Part shown: positions 1-17,570 of the stretch, piece after piece
Layout of the letters: each line of letters starts with the position of its first letter
Numbering within the stretch: the stretch's first letter is position 1
Assembly (NCBI RefSeq): GCF_009914755.1
Contig: NC_060933.1
Direction: 5' to 3' (one strand)
DNA length: 64,000 bases
Source of the DNA: the human T2T-CHM13v2.0 reference genome, Homo sapiens
Notes under the pieces: model-generated
Database searches by the model: none
Told to the model about the DNA's origin: nothing
The model's input: only the letters and a program-made list of their open reading frames with translations
Program-made: the position numbers and the translations under genes

Positions 1-479
1 CTTCCTCTGGGGATGACACAGGCCATAATTTCACACAGATTTACTTGATCAAACTGGCTTTGTGCCATGATAATACCAATAGTCCTTTACACAGAAATCA
101 ATGATTTAGAAGCTATCACCCTGTTTTACACATGAGGAAACTAAGACAGAACTTCAAGACCAAAGTTCTTAATGACTCCACTGTCCTGTTAATCATGTCA
201 GGCAATTAGTAATTCACAAAATAGTCACCTGGGTTTAAGATGTATTACTTTCAGTTACTGCTAGAATTGTTCCAGTTCAACTCATACATATTTAAAATGA
301 GTAGTCTGTCAAACACAGTGCTTGGTGCTGGGGCGTTGAAGACAGAAAGCTCATTGTCTAAGGAAGAAGACAGACATGTCAATATTTAATTAGAACAATG
401 TCATTAGATTGATTAGTTGTGTGTGCCTTCCTATAAATAAAAATCTTTATTTTAAAATTATAGAGGAAATGAAATACAA

Positions 480-2400
<1,921 letters not shown>

Positions 2401-2904
2401 TGTTAGACATTTTTGACGTGAGATGGTGTAATATAGTTTAATTGTTGAAAGAATGGAGTGAAACCAGTCCACCTAAATTTCAGTCTCAGCTCTGCTACAA
2501 ATTAGCTGTGTAACAATCACCAAGTATTTAATCTTTCTTTGTCATAGTCTCCTTTTCTGTTAAATGGAAACAGTCATAGTACCTACTGCCTAGATTGCTA
2601 TGAGGATTGAGTTATTATGTGTTGACACACTTAGAGTAGTACCTGACATAATAAGTGATGAATTAGGGTTAGCTTTTATATAACTTTTCAGTTATTGTAG
2701 ATATTGCGAGCACGTCCTGTAAACATGTTTTACTAATTACACTGCCCATCAACAATATAGATGTTTCTATTCAACAGCCAGCACCAGATATTATGACCCT
2801 CTCCATTCTTTGACAATTTGATAGGCAAATAATGAGATGTCTTTTTAGTTTGTATTTTGAGATCTGTGGTCAGGTTAAACATCTTTTCAACTTTTCACAT
2901 GTTG

Positions 2905-3290
2905 TGAGTATATCAGCTTTTGATGAGTAACAAGGCATCCAAAACATAATGGTAAAACAGCAAACATTTATTATGACTTATGCTTCTGTATGTCATCTGG
3001 GAAACTCTTTGGCTTAAGCTGGATTGGTCTCTCATCCTCTAGCGGGTTAGTCTTGGCGTCTCCTCATGATGGCCTCAGGGTTCCATAGAGCAGCAGCAAG
3101 AGTGCAAGCCCAGTGGGAGAGCCCAGTGGGCAAGCACTTTTCAAGCCTCTGCTTATGCCACATTGGCTAATCCTCCATTGATCAAAAGAAGTCCCATGGC
3201 CAAGCCTAGATTCAAGAGATGGAGAAAGAAACTCCACTTCTTGATGGAATGAAATGCAAAATATTGTGACCACTTTTTCATGAATCTACT
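2905..3290. mobile_element. MLT1-type (ERVL-MaLR) LTR
   Basis: gtaaca...caaaac...catttatt start and catggccaagcctagattcaag...ctccacttcttgatgg end resemble old MLT1 LTRs. Confidence 0.55.
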
Positions 3291-4881
3291 GCGACTGGCT
3301 GTTTGTGTTTCCTTCTCTGTGAATTGCTATTGGTTCAACGACTTATGAAATTTCTTTATATGTTATACATATTAACTCCTTAAGTTTTACATGTAACATA
3401 CGTTTTACATGTAACAGTATTTTTCTACTTGGTCATTTAACTTCATTTATATAATCTTTTGCTGTATAGAAGGTTTTGGCTTTTTCTGTGATAAAATCTA
3501 TCAGTGTTTTTTCTTCATGACATTGGATGGCCAGAATGTAAGCTTTTTGAAGGCAGAAACCATATTTTATTTTTTATTATTTTCTTGACCCACAGAAAGC
3601 AGCACAGAGCCCAGCCCATAGTAATAAAGGTTTATTGAATGAATGCATTCACTGAAGGCCAATCTCACTCACTCATTTATTTATTTATTCATTCATCAAT
3701 GTTTATGGAATACCTATTATAAACCAGGCATTGTGCTCATTGTTAGAGATACAGCGATGGGCAAAATTGACTTTTAGATGGTGTTTAGACTAAAGCATGG
3801 TAGGTAGTAATGGAACTTATTATCAATGAGACATAGGTTCAAATTGTATCTTTCTACTTATGTGACCTTGGGCATATCCCTAAACATTCCTGAATTTCAG
3901 GGTTTTTTAACCTATAAAATTGAGTGTAAATGCTTTCCTTCAATAGTGTGAGAATTCAAGTGGACAATGTTTGTAAAGCACTTAGCATTGTGTTTATTAT
4001 GTATTATATAATAAAAATTGTCAGCTTCCTTTTCTACATGGTATAATCTCAGGCCTACTAGGAAGGCTAGGTGACTTCTTTTGTCAATCTCCTCTTAGCA
4101 AATATAATCCTGAATTTCTTCCATTATAGACTCGTTTCTTTGATTTGCTCCTCCAATCGTTCTCCGTGAATTGTCACTTTGAGCAATTCTTGCTTATTCT
4201 CCTCTTTGTGCAGGCAAGTCAGTCAAATTGCCTTCTCTGTTGGGAGCAGAAGAACAGGGCACTGAGGAGACACTGAATTTTGTTCAGTGCTGTCTTGGAA
4301 GATAGATATGCTTGGTTGTGGGTGTGGGTATGTACGTCTTTGAGCAGCATAAGGGTAGTTGGGAACTTGGCAGGTAATTGAATCAGGAGAAGAGCCCAGA
4401 AAAAGGTGGTCTGGTTCCAAAGATGCATTTTTCCCATACCGGGTATCCTGGTGCTGATAAACACAGTGCATTTAGAGAGCATCCCACTCCTGAGACAAAG
4501 TGAGTAGGGAAGATGATGAGGCAGCACTGCCAGGCTTAAGGGAATCTGTAAGGTGGCCAAAACTCCTCTCTAGATATTCTCAATTTCTCTGTCCTGTACC
4601 CTTTCTAGCTTTTTAGCCACCTCTCCTCAAAATCTTTTTTCTCTTCCCCCAATTTCTACCAAACTCCAGGATTCTCCAGGCGCCCTCCTGCCAGATGTAT
4701 ATACATTCCATATTCCCTCACACTAAGGACTTGGCTGTTAACACTGCTACTCTGGGGTGACAGAAAGGGCCCTGGAGAGAAATCAGCACTTGAGGGCTGG
4801 CTCTACCACTACCCTTTGTGCAATCACCAACTGGTCTCTTTTCTATATGCCTCAGATTGCCTGTTATAAAGTGTAAGGCTT

Positions 4882-5177
4882 GGCCAGGCATGTTGGCTTA
4901 TGCCTGTAATCCCAGCATTTTGGGAGGCCAAGGCAGGAGCTTCACTTGAGCCCAGAGGTTCGAGACCAGCCTAGGCAACACAGTGATACCCCCATCTCTA
5001 CAAAAAATTTAAAGATTAGCTGGGGGGAGGGGTGTTGCATGCCTGTAGTTCTGGCTATTCAGGAGGCTGAGGTGGGAGGATAACTTGAGCCCTTGAGTTC
5101 GAGGCTGCAGTGAGCAGTGACTGTGCCACTGCACTGCAGCCTGGGTGACAAGAGTGAGACACTGTCTCAAAAAAATA
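4882..5177 (+). mobile_element. AluJ
   Basis: cacttgagccc and ttcgaggctgcagtgagc J-type motifs; near-TSD aaagtgtaaggctt / aaggtgtgaggctt. Confidence 0.88.
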
Positions 5178-7724
5178 AGGTGTGAGGCTTGCACCAAGCA
5201 GTCTGTAAAACCTCTTCCGGTGTAAACAATCCTTGATTTGATGGAACCATGCTTCCTGCACCCCCACTGCCTCACAGAATGGAGTTTGCATATAAATGAA
5301 TGTTCAGTAAAGTCTCGTTGTGTGGATGCTCTGTCTGTTCCCTGGAAATAAAAAGTTTCCTGCCAGCTGACTGATCCTCATTCTAACTAACACATGTGTT
5401 ATTTGGCCTAGATGGAAAATTTCCGGCGTTTGAAGGTGGCGAGAGGATGTCATTCCCTCCAGCAGACAGACAAGGGTGCCATTTGGCTGGAAAGCAGGGA
5501 TGGGAAACGGGCATGGCCTTTGGGGAAACTGGCTTGGTACAACTCCTGGGTGAGCACAGGAGTTTGTTGTTAGAGAGTCACAGCCCAGTCACATCCAGGA
5601 TGCCCCTGGATAACTCTGAACTCCCAGCTATACAATAAAAATGTTAGCAACTTCCTTTAGTTATTTCCAGTCTTGTATATTTTGGTATCTTCTTGTTAGC
5701 TGCCCAATATCTTCTTGGAAGGAATCTTGAGGAAGAAGTTATTGCTCAGAGACTTACTACATACACAAAAGGAAGACAGAGAATAAAAAAGGATTAAAGT
5801 GTTGGAAACATGCCTGGGAACTGGATTTCTTCATGGGAGACAAGAAGGCAGAAAAGATACTGAAAATACTTTAACATAAGGGTTGACACAGAGGAATAGT
5901 GCTGGTAGTTCTTAGGGCCCAACAGAAAGAAATTAATAGCAACTTTAAGATAGAGAAAGAACATTCTAGAATTGAGTCCTACTAAAAACTCATTTTTGAA
6001 AAATGAGTAACTACTGCTCAGTAGTTACCATTTTGGGGAAGATTTTTCTGATTATCTTCTCATCTCTCTCTTGCTTTGCCTGGCTAACCCCAACTTTCCT
6101 TTAGACTAAAAGTCCACAAACCCTCCTTCAAAACAGTCAAGTCTGATAAAGTTTACCATTATGGTGTCTCATAAGCATCTTGTAATTCTCTCTCTTAGTA
6201 CCTGTCTGTATTTATGTGTTTATGTGATTAGTTTTCCATGTCTGTCTCCTACATTTGCCTATAAGCTACGAGACGGTTGTATATTCACTGCTGTGTCTCC
6301 AGGGCCAAGTGCAGTACTGGGCACAGGGGAAGCATGCAATAAGTCTGCGTGGTAAGTGAATGAATGGACACATAAACAACTTAATGAGTGCTTTTTGAAC
6401 TGAAGATAATTTTTCTTTTTCAGGACAGCAAAAACAAAAAACCTAAACTAAAATCCAAACAATTTCGCAAAATATCCTGGATAGTTTGGGAGTTGTCTTT
6501 GCTTCTTTGGCTCATTGCCACGGCCTTAATTCCAGAAATGCTTTTGACTCAGACCTTTTCAGTTCATTGCCAGTTCCCTGATTTCTGAAATGCCTTTGGC
6601 CAAGGAAGTGCTAATTGGTATTTCAAATATTTAGAACTTTAAGATACCTACTTCTGTTACAAAGATGAAATTACCATGAACACCTTTTGAAAAATTTAAC
6701 CATAGCTAATACCAAATTTCCAAAAAACCATACAGTGACCATACAGTTAGTTGTTCTGAAGACATGACGCATTATTCCAAACACACCTTAGCAGAATTCC
6801 ACCCAATACTACAATTCTGAGGTAGTAAGAAGCACAAGGGAATAAGCCTGCGATGCAATAATTTAATCTGCCTAAAATTGTCTCCTAGCTTGCCAACACT
6901 TCGAAGATCAGGGAACTGGGTAAATCAGGACTTGATTTCATCTGCAGCTGTATGTGAACTGGAATGTGGAAAAAAAAAAAAAAGCTAATTGGAGCAAGCA
7001 TGTTGTGCTGCAGTGGAGTGTATTTTCATTGATATGTTTAACCTTTCATCCCCTTCATCTGTGAAAAAATGAAAATTGCTGACCTTTGAGGTTTTATGTT
7101 TTTAATTAAGCAAAATTTTTTTCTTTCAAATAAAATCTTATATGAAGCCCCCCCGCCGCAAAAAAATAAAATAAAATAAAGTTGAGTAGCTCACTGGGAG
7201 TGGGTGAGGGTGTGGGTCTAGAGTCCATTCTGTTGATTTCACCTCTTCCACTCTCAGAAACTTCTGGAGCACCTTTTTAGAACATGAGAAATTACAGTTT
7301 CTTTAAACACAGTTTAACATGGCTCTGTCTCTAATTTCTAATGTAATTAAATTCTATAATATGGGTGTTGATTCAGGCCCACAATAATTTCCATAACTAT
7401 TTTTAAATAAAAATATTCCCATGTCTTAGTTAATGGCTCATTATTCATAGCAATATTGAATACAAGAAAATGTAAATATAAAAACTAGAGTTAAACAACA
7501 TTTTGAGTTCACCATAATAAGATTTAGTGAGAAGACGCTACTAAGAAAGATTAGATACTGTTCAATATAGAACACAGAAAATACAGTGAGCAAAACATTT
7601 TAGAGGATTGTTATGCTTCACTTGTGATGCTTGGTTGTTAACTTGGTAGACGTCATGCCACAATGCCAAGTAGTTCCTTATAAACAAGGACACACTTTTA
7701 TGCAAACATTGAAAAAGTGTTTGA

Positions 7725-8053
<329 letters not shown>

Positions 8054-8685
8054 TTAATCTCTAAAACTTATAAGATGTATGATATTAAATATGCATCTTG
8101 TTTCAGCAAATTATTAGCCTTCATGATAGAAGTATGAATTAAACTATTAATGAATTTGATCAGAGCCTTTTAGATATGGTTGTGATGAAACAACTCACTA
8201 TCCGTCCCCAACATGATTTGGAGAGGATAGCGCTATAATGTAAGAAAGGGTATTAAGCAGAGAGATTGATATTGGTATGAGCCCAGATAGGATCTGTCTT
8301 CTGGCAATGATTCTCAGGAAATGTCTCTATTAGAAAATGTCTTGAGTGGCACCAGATATGCAGTGGCAGCCATGCCTTTCATGGTGTCAGCAGCAGAACT
8401 CTTTCAAGAAGCCACGGACCACAGTTGTACTCGTTGTCGTGGAGCCTCTGCTCTATTCTTTCTGAAAGGCTGTTTGGCTACTTTTTTTTTCAGCATTAAG
8501 TTTTAACTCCTTTATTTTTCAGCATTGTGAGATAACATCACATTTCCTATTATTAGTTCAAAGAAGAGAGAAAGAGAAAAATGCATTATTTGGATGTAAT
8601 TTGAAATTTGGAGTAGATATAGGGCTGAAGGATGAGACATAAAGGGACATATATGTCCATGGCTCTTGATTCTTTTCCAGCTGCC

Positions 8686-8943
8686 ATTTTTTTCTCTCTC
8701 TCTTTCTGTCTCTCTTTTATTTATTTATTTATTTTTATTACACTTTAAGTTCTTGGATACATGTGCAGAACGTGCAGGTCTGTTACATAGGTATACACAT
8801 GCCATGGTGGCTTGCTGCACCCATCAACCTGTCATCTACATTAGGTATTTCTCCTAAGGCTATCCCTCCCTGACCTCAGGTGATCCGCCTGCCTCAATCT
8901 CCCAAAGTGCTGGAATTACAGGCATGAGCCACCGCGCCCAGCC
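8686..8943 (-). mobile_element. chimeric retroposon: Alu 5' 73 nt fused to an L1PA(7/8-like) 3' end with decayed tail
   Basis: L1 3'UTR 8735-8870, Alu 8871-8943, shared flanking TCCAGCTGCC at 8676 and 8944. Confidence 0.85.
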
Positions 8944-10370
8944 TCCAGCTGCCCCTTTTTAAGAAATGGGCCATAACACTTTTTTTTACGTTTAATTTTT
9001 ATGTGTGAATAATAGTCAAATTGTTCAAAAGCCAGTACACACAAGCATATAGGGAAAAGTCTTCCTTTTACCATTGTGCCCCAACTACCCAGTTCCCCCG
9101 AATAGGTCATCGTTGTTCTTCTTTTTATGTGTCACCTTCTAGAAATTCTTTAGGCAGATACTAGCAAATACAACTATAGATTCTCATTTTAAGAAAACTA
9201 AGCAGGTGATTTTCAAGACTCATCCTAGGAAGCTGGTAGGTATGTCTTCTTATACCCAAAGCTCACATAGAAGATCCTTCTGGTACTGTAAATGGGGTTA
9301 CAAAGGACAGAGTACTGGCTGGTGGAAGAGGTCTTCCTTAACCGGCATGCTGAACAAGGGTAGCGAAGTATAGTCAAGTCCAGACTCCCAGAGGCCACAA
9401 TTTCCTTTTCCGTCACTGAAAGTAAAGGGAGATCTCTGAAAGGAGCAAGAGGAAAAAGAAACTAGATACATACCTAGAAATAATTTATACATAGCTTGGT
9501 TGTCTTTTCAAATCAACTGCATTTTGTATTATTTCCTAAAGCTATTAAATAAACCACGGCCACTGCCACCGCTGGGAGCTCAGAGCAGATCCTGTGGTTT
9601 TGGCAAGACTCTTGACTGGCCCTAGAAATGGGGCTGGATTGAACTGGAGTTGAAAGAATTACAGTGTTTCCTTCCTCTTGATGACTCTTTCTGGAACATG
9701 CCTGGAATGTGTGAGTGTGAGAGATGAAGTGGTGTTCACTCAGAGTCAGGCCTGGGTATGTACGTGGAAGGGGAGGTGTGTGCTGGTGTTATTTTTGGAG
9801 GCTGTAATTCCACTGTTAGGCTTTGTAGCTCGTCGTCTCTTTCAATGTTTTTACTATCCTAACTTGTATTCTCTGTCCTGAGATCTTAAAAGTTACCAAT
9901 GAGGCTAGAAGTAAAATGGATGCTTCAAGGCCAGGCTTGGGAACTCATTCTAGTGGAGATTTTCTCCCTCAATCTCATGTAATGAGTTAATATTACAATA
10001 AAATGCAGGTGTAACTCCTGCTTACACGAAGACTTGACTTTGAAATTTTTCTTTCTAATCATTCAGATAAAGGTTTAATTTGTACCAAGATTATCCTCAA
10101 AACATCACTGAATACAGTAAACACTGGCAATTGCCATTAAAAACAAATTATATGAGGACTTTATATCAGGTACAATGCTTGACATAAGTAGGTGCTCAAA
10201 AATTCTGGTAAATGAATATTAGCCTTAAACGCTCAGCAGTCATTGGTCACTTTTCTTTGGCATTTTGTAAAAATTGTAATGTTTTTTTCCCCAAAACATT
10301 GGGAATAATGTTTTTTTGCCCCAAAACAGTTAAATATGGGCAAGGAGGTCAGTTCAGACTCGGGGGAGCA

Positions 10371-10687
<317 letters not shown>

Positions 10688-12272
10688 TAGAATTGGAAGC
10701 CGAGCAAATGGATGGACTTCAGTCAGGCAGATCTGAAATAAAATTTGCCCATCCATCCATCCCATTCATCCATACACTCATCCAACAAATACTTAAGTCC
10801 TCTATATGTTGAGATTACGGAGAATATTCCATTGTAAACCAATTCCTAAATTCCTCTTCCTATACAGAACATTTGGAGTTTATCATTTAGAGGGAGAGTA
10901 AATAAAATAATCACAAATTATGGTAATCTGTATGAATAAAACAGGAGGCCAAATTAGAGGTCAATGGGATGAGAGTGTATAGGTATTATAGATAAGGCAG
11001 GTAGAGAAGCCTTCTATGAGAAAGTGGCACTTAAGCTGAGACCCAAAGGACAAGCAGAAGGTGGCCATGCCAAGAGTGGAGAAAAACATTCCAGGCAGAA
11101 GGAACAGCAAAGGCTTTGAGGTAGGAAAGAGTATCTTGTATCCAAGGAATCAAAGACCAGTGAGCATTTGAATCCCAGCTCTGCCTTCAATAGCTGTGGA
11201 AAATGAAACTAGCTGCTCAATCTTTTGAGCCTTCATTTCTTCATATTTAAAATTGAGATAATGGTGCATACCTCACAGAGTTGCTGAATTTAATGGGTAT
11301 TCAATAAGATAACATGTAGCTTATTTGAATCACTTCTACACAAAGGTCTCTGAGACTCTAGTTGGGCCCTCATCACTCAATTGATTTTTCTAGTCTCCTG
11401 ATTGTTTTATGCACATTTGAGAGCCAACCATCACTGGAGCTAGAGAACATTTTCCATCCCTGATATTTCCACATTTAAAGAGGAGAGAATAGACACAGAC
11501 TCTATCTGCTCATGTTAGAACCTTTAGAAATCAAAAAAGGGAGGGGTGGGGAGGGGAGAGAGAGAAAGAAAGAGAAATAGTGAGAAAATAACATGAGAGG
11601 ATTTTCTTTTTAAAAGTGTACTTCCTCATTTACAGAACAAATTCATAAAATTTAAAGTTTGGGTAAGGTTTTGTTTTTGTTTTTACATTTGGGGAGAGGG
11701 TAAGGTTTGGGGCTAAGTGTTCAGGAAACAGAATAAAGAGAAATGAAATAATAATCACTGAGTATGCAATATATAACAGACAGAGTGGTTGGCAAGTTAT
11801 GTATTTTATCTTATTTAATCTTTACAAGAATCCTGATGGAGTAAATGAGGCCCTGAGGGAAATGAAGACTTCACTTAGTCACTGTCTGTCACTTATCTTG
11901 AGGTATTTAATGTGGAATTGTGCAATTCTTTAAAAATGAGAATCTATAAGGCATAAGTTTATGTAGTTGATATATTTCTTTAGAATACTTTATTATTGTG
12001 ACAGTATCACATTAGCATCAATTGATAACTAATAGTTAAATGAATAATGATAATGTCATTATTATTAATTCATCTTAATACTACATACATTTCCTGAATA
12101 CCCAGCTATGTCTAGTGCATGGCTTGTTGGGGGAATAATGGGTAGTCCATTGCAACTAGGGTATGCAGTGGGGCAGGAGAGGTTAGCAGGGTCTAGCTGA
12201 TGAAGGGTCTTGATGCCTTGGTAAAGAGTTTTGGATTTTGTCCAGTGGAAGATAGGCACATGGTCAGAATAG

Positions 12273-12902
<630 letters not shown>

Positions 12903-13186
12903 TAGATACTGTGCCTACTTTGTGAGATGAAATATTTCATATGTTCTAAGGGCATCATGGTACTTATGGATAGTTGACTGTTACATGTATGTAATATGAA
13001 AATCATAGCAATGAAAACAAGTGTTCATTGCCAAACTACTATTTTGAGCTTTCTTATTTGATTTTTCATGTGATACATTGCTTTGCTTGTCCCTAAATAC
13101 CCTTAATGGAAGTTAATATTTTCAGGAGAAAATTAAATATAAATAAGAATTTTAGAAGGGGAATATCCATCAGTAACTTAATTTAA

Positions 13187-13515
<329 letters not shown>

Positions 13516-14565
13516 AGTGTATCAATTTTCTATTGCCACAATAATGCTGTGTAACATAACCACAAACCACAGTGGCATACAATAATGAGCATTTATAGCT
13601 TGTGAGTCTAAGTCAGCTGTGTTGATTAGATGGATGTATTGACCTTGGTTGGGATTCCTTACATATATGGTGTTGCCTGGCTATAGGCTTAGTAGGCTGG
13701 CCTTGGCTGGGGCAACTTTGCTCAGTTCCTTATACTATAGCAGGCTAAGGTAGTATAAGGTCATAGTGTACAATTCTCAGCTTAGGTTGCCAGGAGCCTC
13801 ATGTGTTTCTATTTTTTTGTACCACTGCCATCTACATTTCATGTACATGAGATGTAGACATGAGGCTCTTTGCAACCTAGGCTCAGAATTGTACACTATC
13901 ACTTCTGCTTCATTTTATCAACCTAAGCCAGTTAAGTAGCTGAGCCTAGTATCAGAGTGAGAGGGCACTACAAACTGAAATGACAAAGAGTCAGGGATAC
14001 AGGGAGGGATGAAGAATTAGGGCCCTCTTTGCAGGCTACCATTTTTGGAAAAGGACCATGATTTAATTTTAGCAGTCGAGTACCCAGGTCCAGCTCAGAA
14101 AACACCAGAATTTTGCCGGAGGATTTTGAAAGCCTCCTCTAAGGGAGGATTATTAAGACTTGCTACCACCCCACAAGGTGATGATGTGATGAAGTCTTCC
14201 TCCCAAAATAAAAGTGGGCCTTAAGCTAAATCTTTAGACCAGTCCACCTGTGTGATGGCAGTTGAAGGAGATGGTGTTGCAAATATTATTTAATAATTGT
14301 ATTATAAGGTTCCAGTCCTGGACAGGCAGGCAGACTTCTGGTGCTCTTGATGCTGTCTGCTGGGAGGAAGGTACAGAATTCCAGCTAAGGTGACCTCTCT
14401 TTGTTCTGCCTGGAATGATCTGGCCTCTCCCCTATCAGCCACTTTGTCTGGGCTGCTGATTCCTAAAATGAAGGAGTCTTTTCCAAATTAGTATCATCAC
14501 AACCACAGGAGCTGTGGACTGAGGACTTGTCATTACATAAAATAATGACATTGTCAGCTGTTTAG

Positions 14566-14877
<312 letters not shown>

Positions 14878-17234
14878 TGACTTTTAGAAAGCTGATCCAG
14901 TTAAGTAACACACCTCTGCACATTGCTGATTGGCTGTTTCTTTTATAATCTAACCATCTGTAGTCTGCATTTTTTTTAGATCAATGCTTTTTAAAGTTGA
15001 ACATGCTTACAGATCACCTGTAGTTCTTGTAAACATGCAGACTCTGATTTAATAGGTTGTTTGGGACAGTCCTGGGATTATGCAGTTCTACCCAGGTCCC
15101 AGGTGATGAGAATCTGCTCGACCATGGACCACGCTTTGAGTAGCAGTTTAGAGTTAGCCTCTAACTTGGGTCCAGCTGAAAATATTTCTTTGAATTTACT
15201 AATGGTAGTAATGAAAAGATTTGAAGGCAGCAAACTCATTTTAAGGTCAAAAGTAATAAAATTGCTGTTCATTCCAAATGAAGGAAAGGGTTTTCTTAGC
15301 AAAACTAGAATGTTCACCTTTAAATGACAGCAGGGCAAGTGGGAAAAGTGCACAACAGAAATTCCCAGGAATGCAGCTCTCCGTTGAGGGAAGAGAGGTT
15401 GAACAAAGGGATGTGAGGTGTGCCAAAGCTATCATGGCTGAAAGTCAGCTCTATTATTTTTCACATGTGTCATTTTGGATTTGACTTGTATAAAGACTAA
15501 TATTCTTCTGCTGATGTTTCCACATTCTAAAGGAAGATGATCTGAGATTATGCCCCAGTCATTTCGTGGGAACAAAATGTGAAGTGCCACTGTGTCCTTG
15601 CTGTACTGTCCTGAGGTCATCCTTGACAATGTATAAATAAGAACATGTAAAGCAAACTGGACCAGAACATTGGGAGTTAAAAACCCGCTGTAATGATCCC
15701 CCCAAACTGAGAGGCTAGGTGATCACAGGTAAAGGATGGCTTAACTTCAGTTAAATAAGGCAAAGGCAGACCTGGATAGTGAGAAACACTAACGAGAAGA
15801 TGGCTTTTAGAATTATGCTCACTTGAGTTTTAATTCGTTCTCCATCACTCACCAGCTGTGTGGCCTTTGGCAAGTTATTTAACTTCTATTGGTCTCATTT
15901 ATCATCATCTGTGAAATGGGTATAATAATACCTACAAAATTGTTTTGTTTTAAATAAGTTGGTATATACAAGAAGCATCGATTTACACAGTGAACGTTGT
16001 CCCTAAAAGCTTAGGTAAAGCAATATATTGCAGAATAAGGTACATAGTAATAAGAATAATAGCAGCTTGTAAATGGTGGGAATGGCATTTGATGCCGAGT
16101 GATCTGACTTCAGAGCCAGTATTTATTACCACTACGCTACCCTTTGGATATCATTCTCACTTAATGTTAGCAACTCTCCCTGATTCTGAGCTCTTGTTTT
16201 ATAAAGTACAATGATCCTACCTGAAGTCCTAAAAAGCAACCCAGGGCACAGAGTAGAGGTATGAGAGTGGAAGTCAGACAGATATGGGTTCGAGTCTACC
16301 TCTGCAACTGAGTGGTGTGGCTCAGGACAAGTTACTTAATTGAAGTCATATTTTTTCCTCATGTGAAAAAAAATAAGGATAGAGATTTTATCACACATAT
16401 TTGGAAATTAAATGAGGCACTTAACTATTACCAATTACATTATCTGCTTCACAGTAAATGTTTAACAACTGATTATTGTAATTTCTTTGAGTAATAGGTG
16501 AGATAATTTTCCGACTCAATTGTAGAAATTTTTACTATGCATTCACATATTATGGAGTTTTACACAAAATGGAAAAATAGGTATGTTCTCTCCTGTATTT
16601 TAACAATAACAGCATCTCAGGCTGATGAACAGGTTCTGTTTTTCTTGCTGACCATCCAGTGGGGGAAATCTGGTTTGAGGAAAGTGAAATCCTTTATGAT
16701 GAATCAGGAAAAACCTCCAAAACTATGTTTTCATGTCACTATTAATTCGTTATTAAAACATCATGGAAACTCAGAAATGCCTGCCTAGGGACACAGCAGG
16801 ATAAAATAAACATCAATATATTCCTGCTTGCTGCTGACTCGTACATCTGTGGAGGAAGTGGAAAATCCATTTGAGATGTGCCAAAACACAGCTTAAATTG
16901 GCTCACACACTCCAAACAGACAAACTGGATTTTATCAATGGCATCATCCAAAATAGTCAACAGCAGTTTGACTCAAACCTCCTTGGTGATTTCATTTGGG
17001 GGTAGGAAATTATATATAAAGTTTGAAACGTTTTCAGATCCAAAGACCTGTTTCAAACTGATCCATTAGAAGAAACAGAGGGTTATTTTATTCCTACTTT
17101 CATTTGAGAAATAGCTTTATATTAAGAATATCAAACTTCCCAAACATAATTTACGAAGTTGTTAGAGAAGAGCCATTTGCACCTAAATAACCAAAGGAAT
17201 ATGTTAAAAGCATCAAGAAAATGGGAAAATCTGA

Positions 17235-17570
<336 letters not shown>

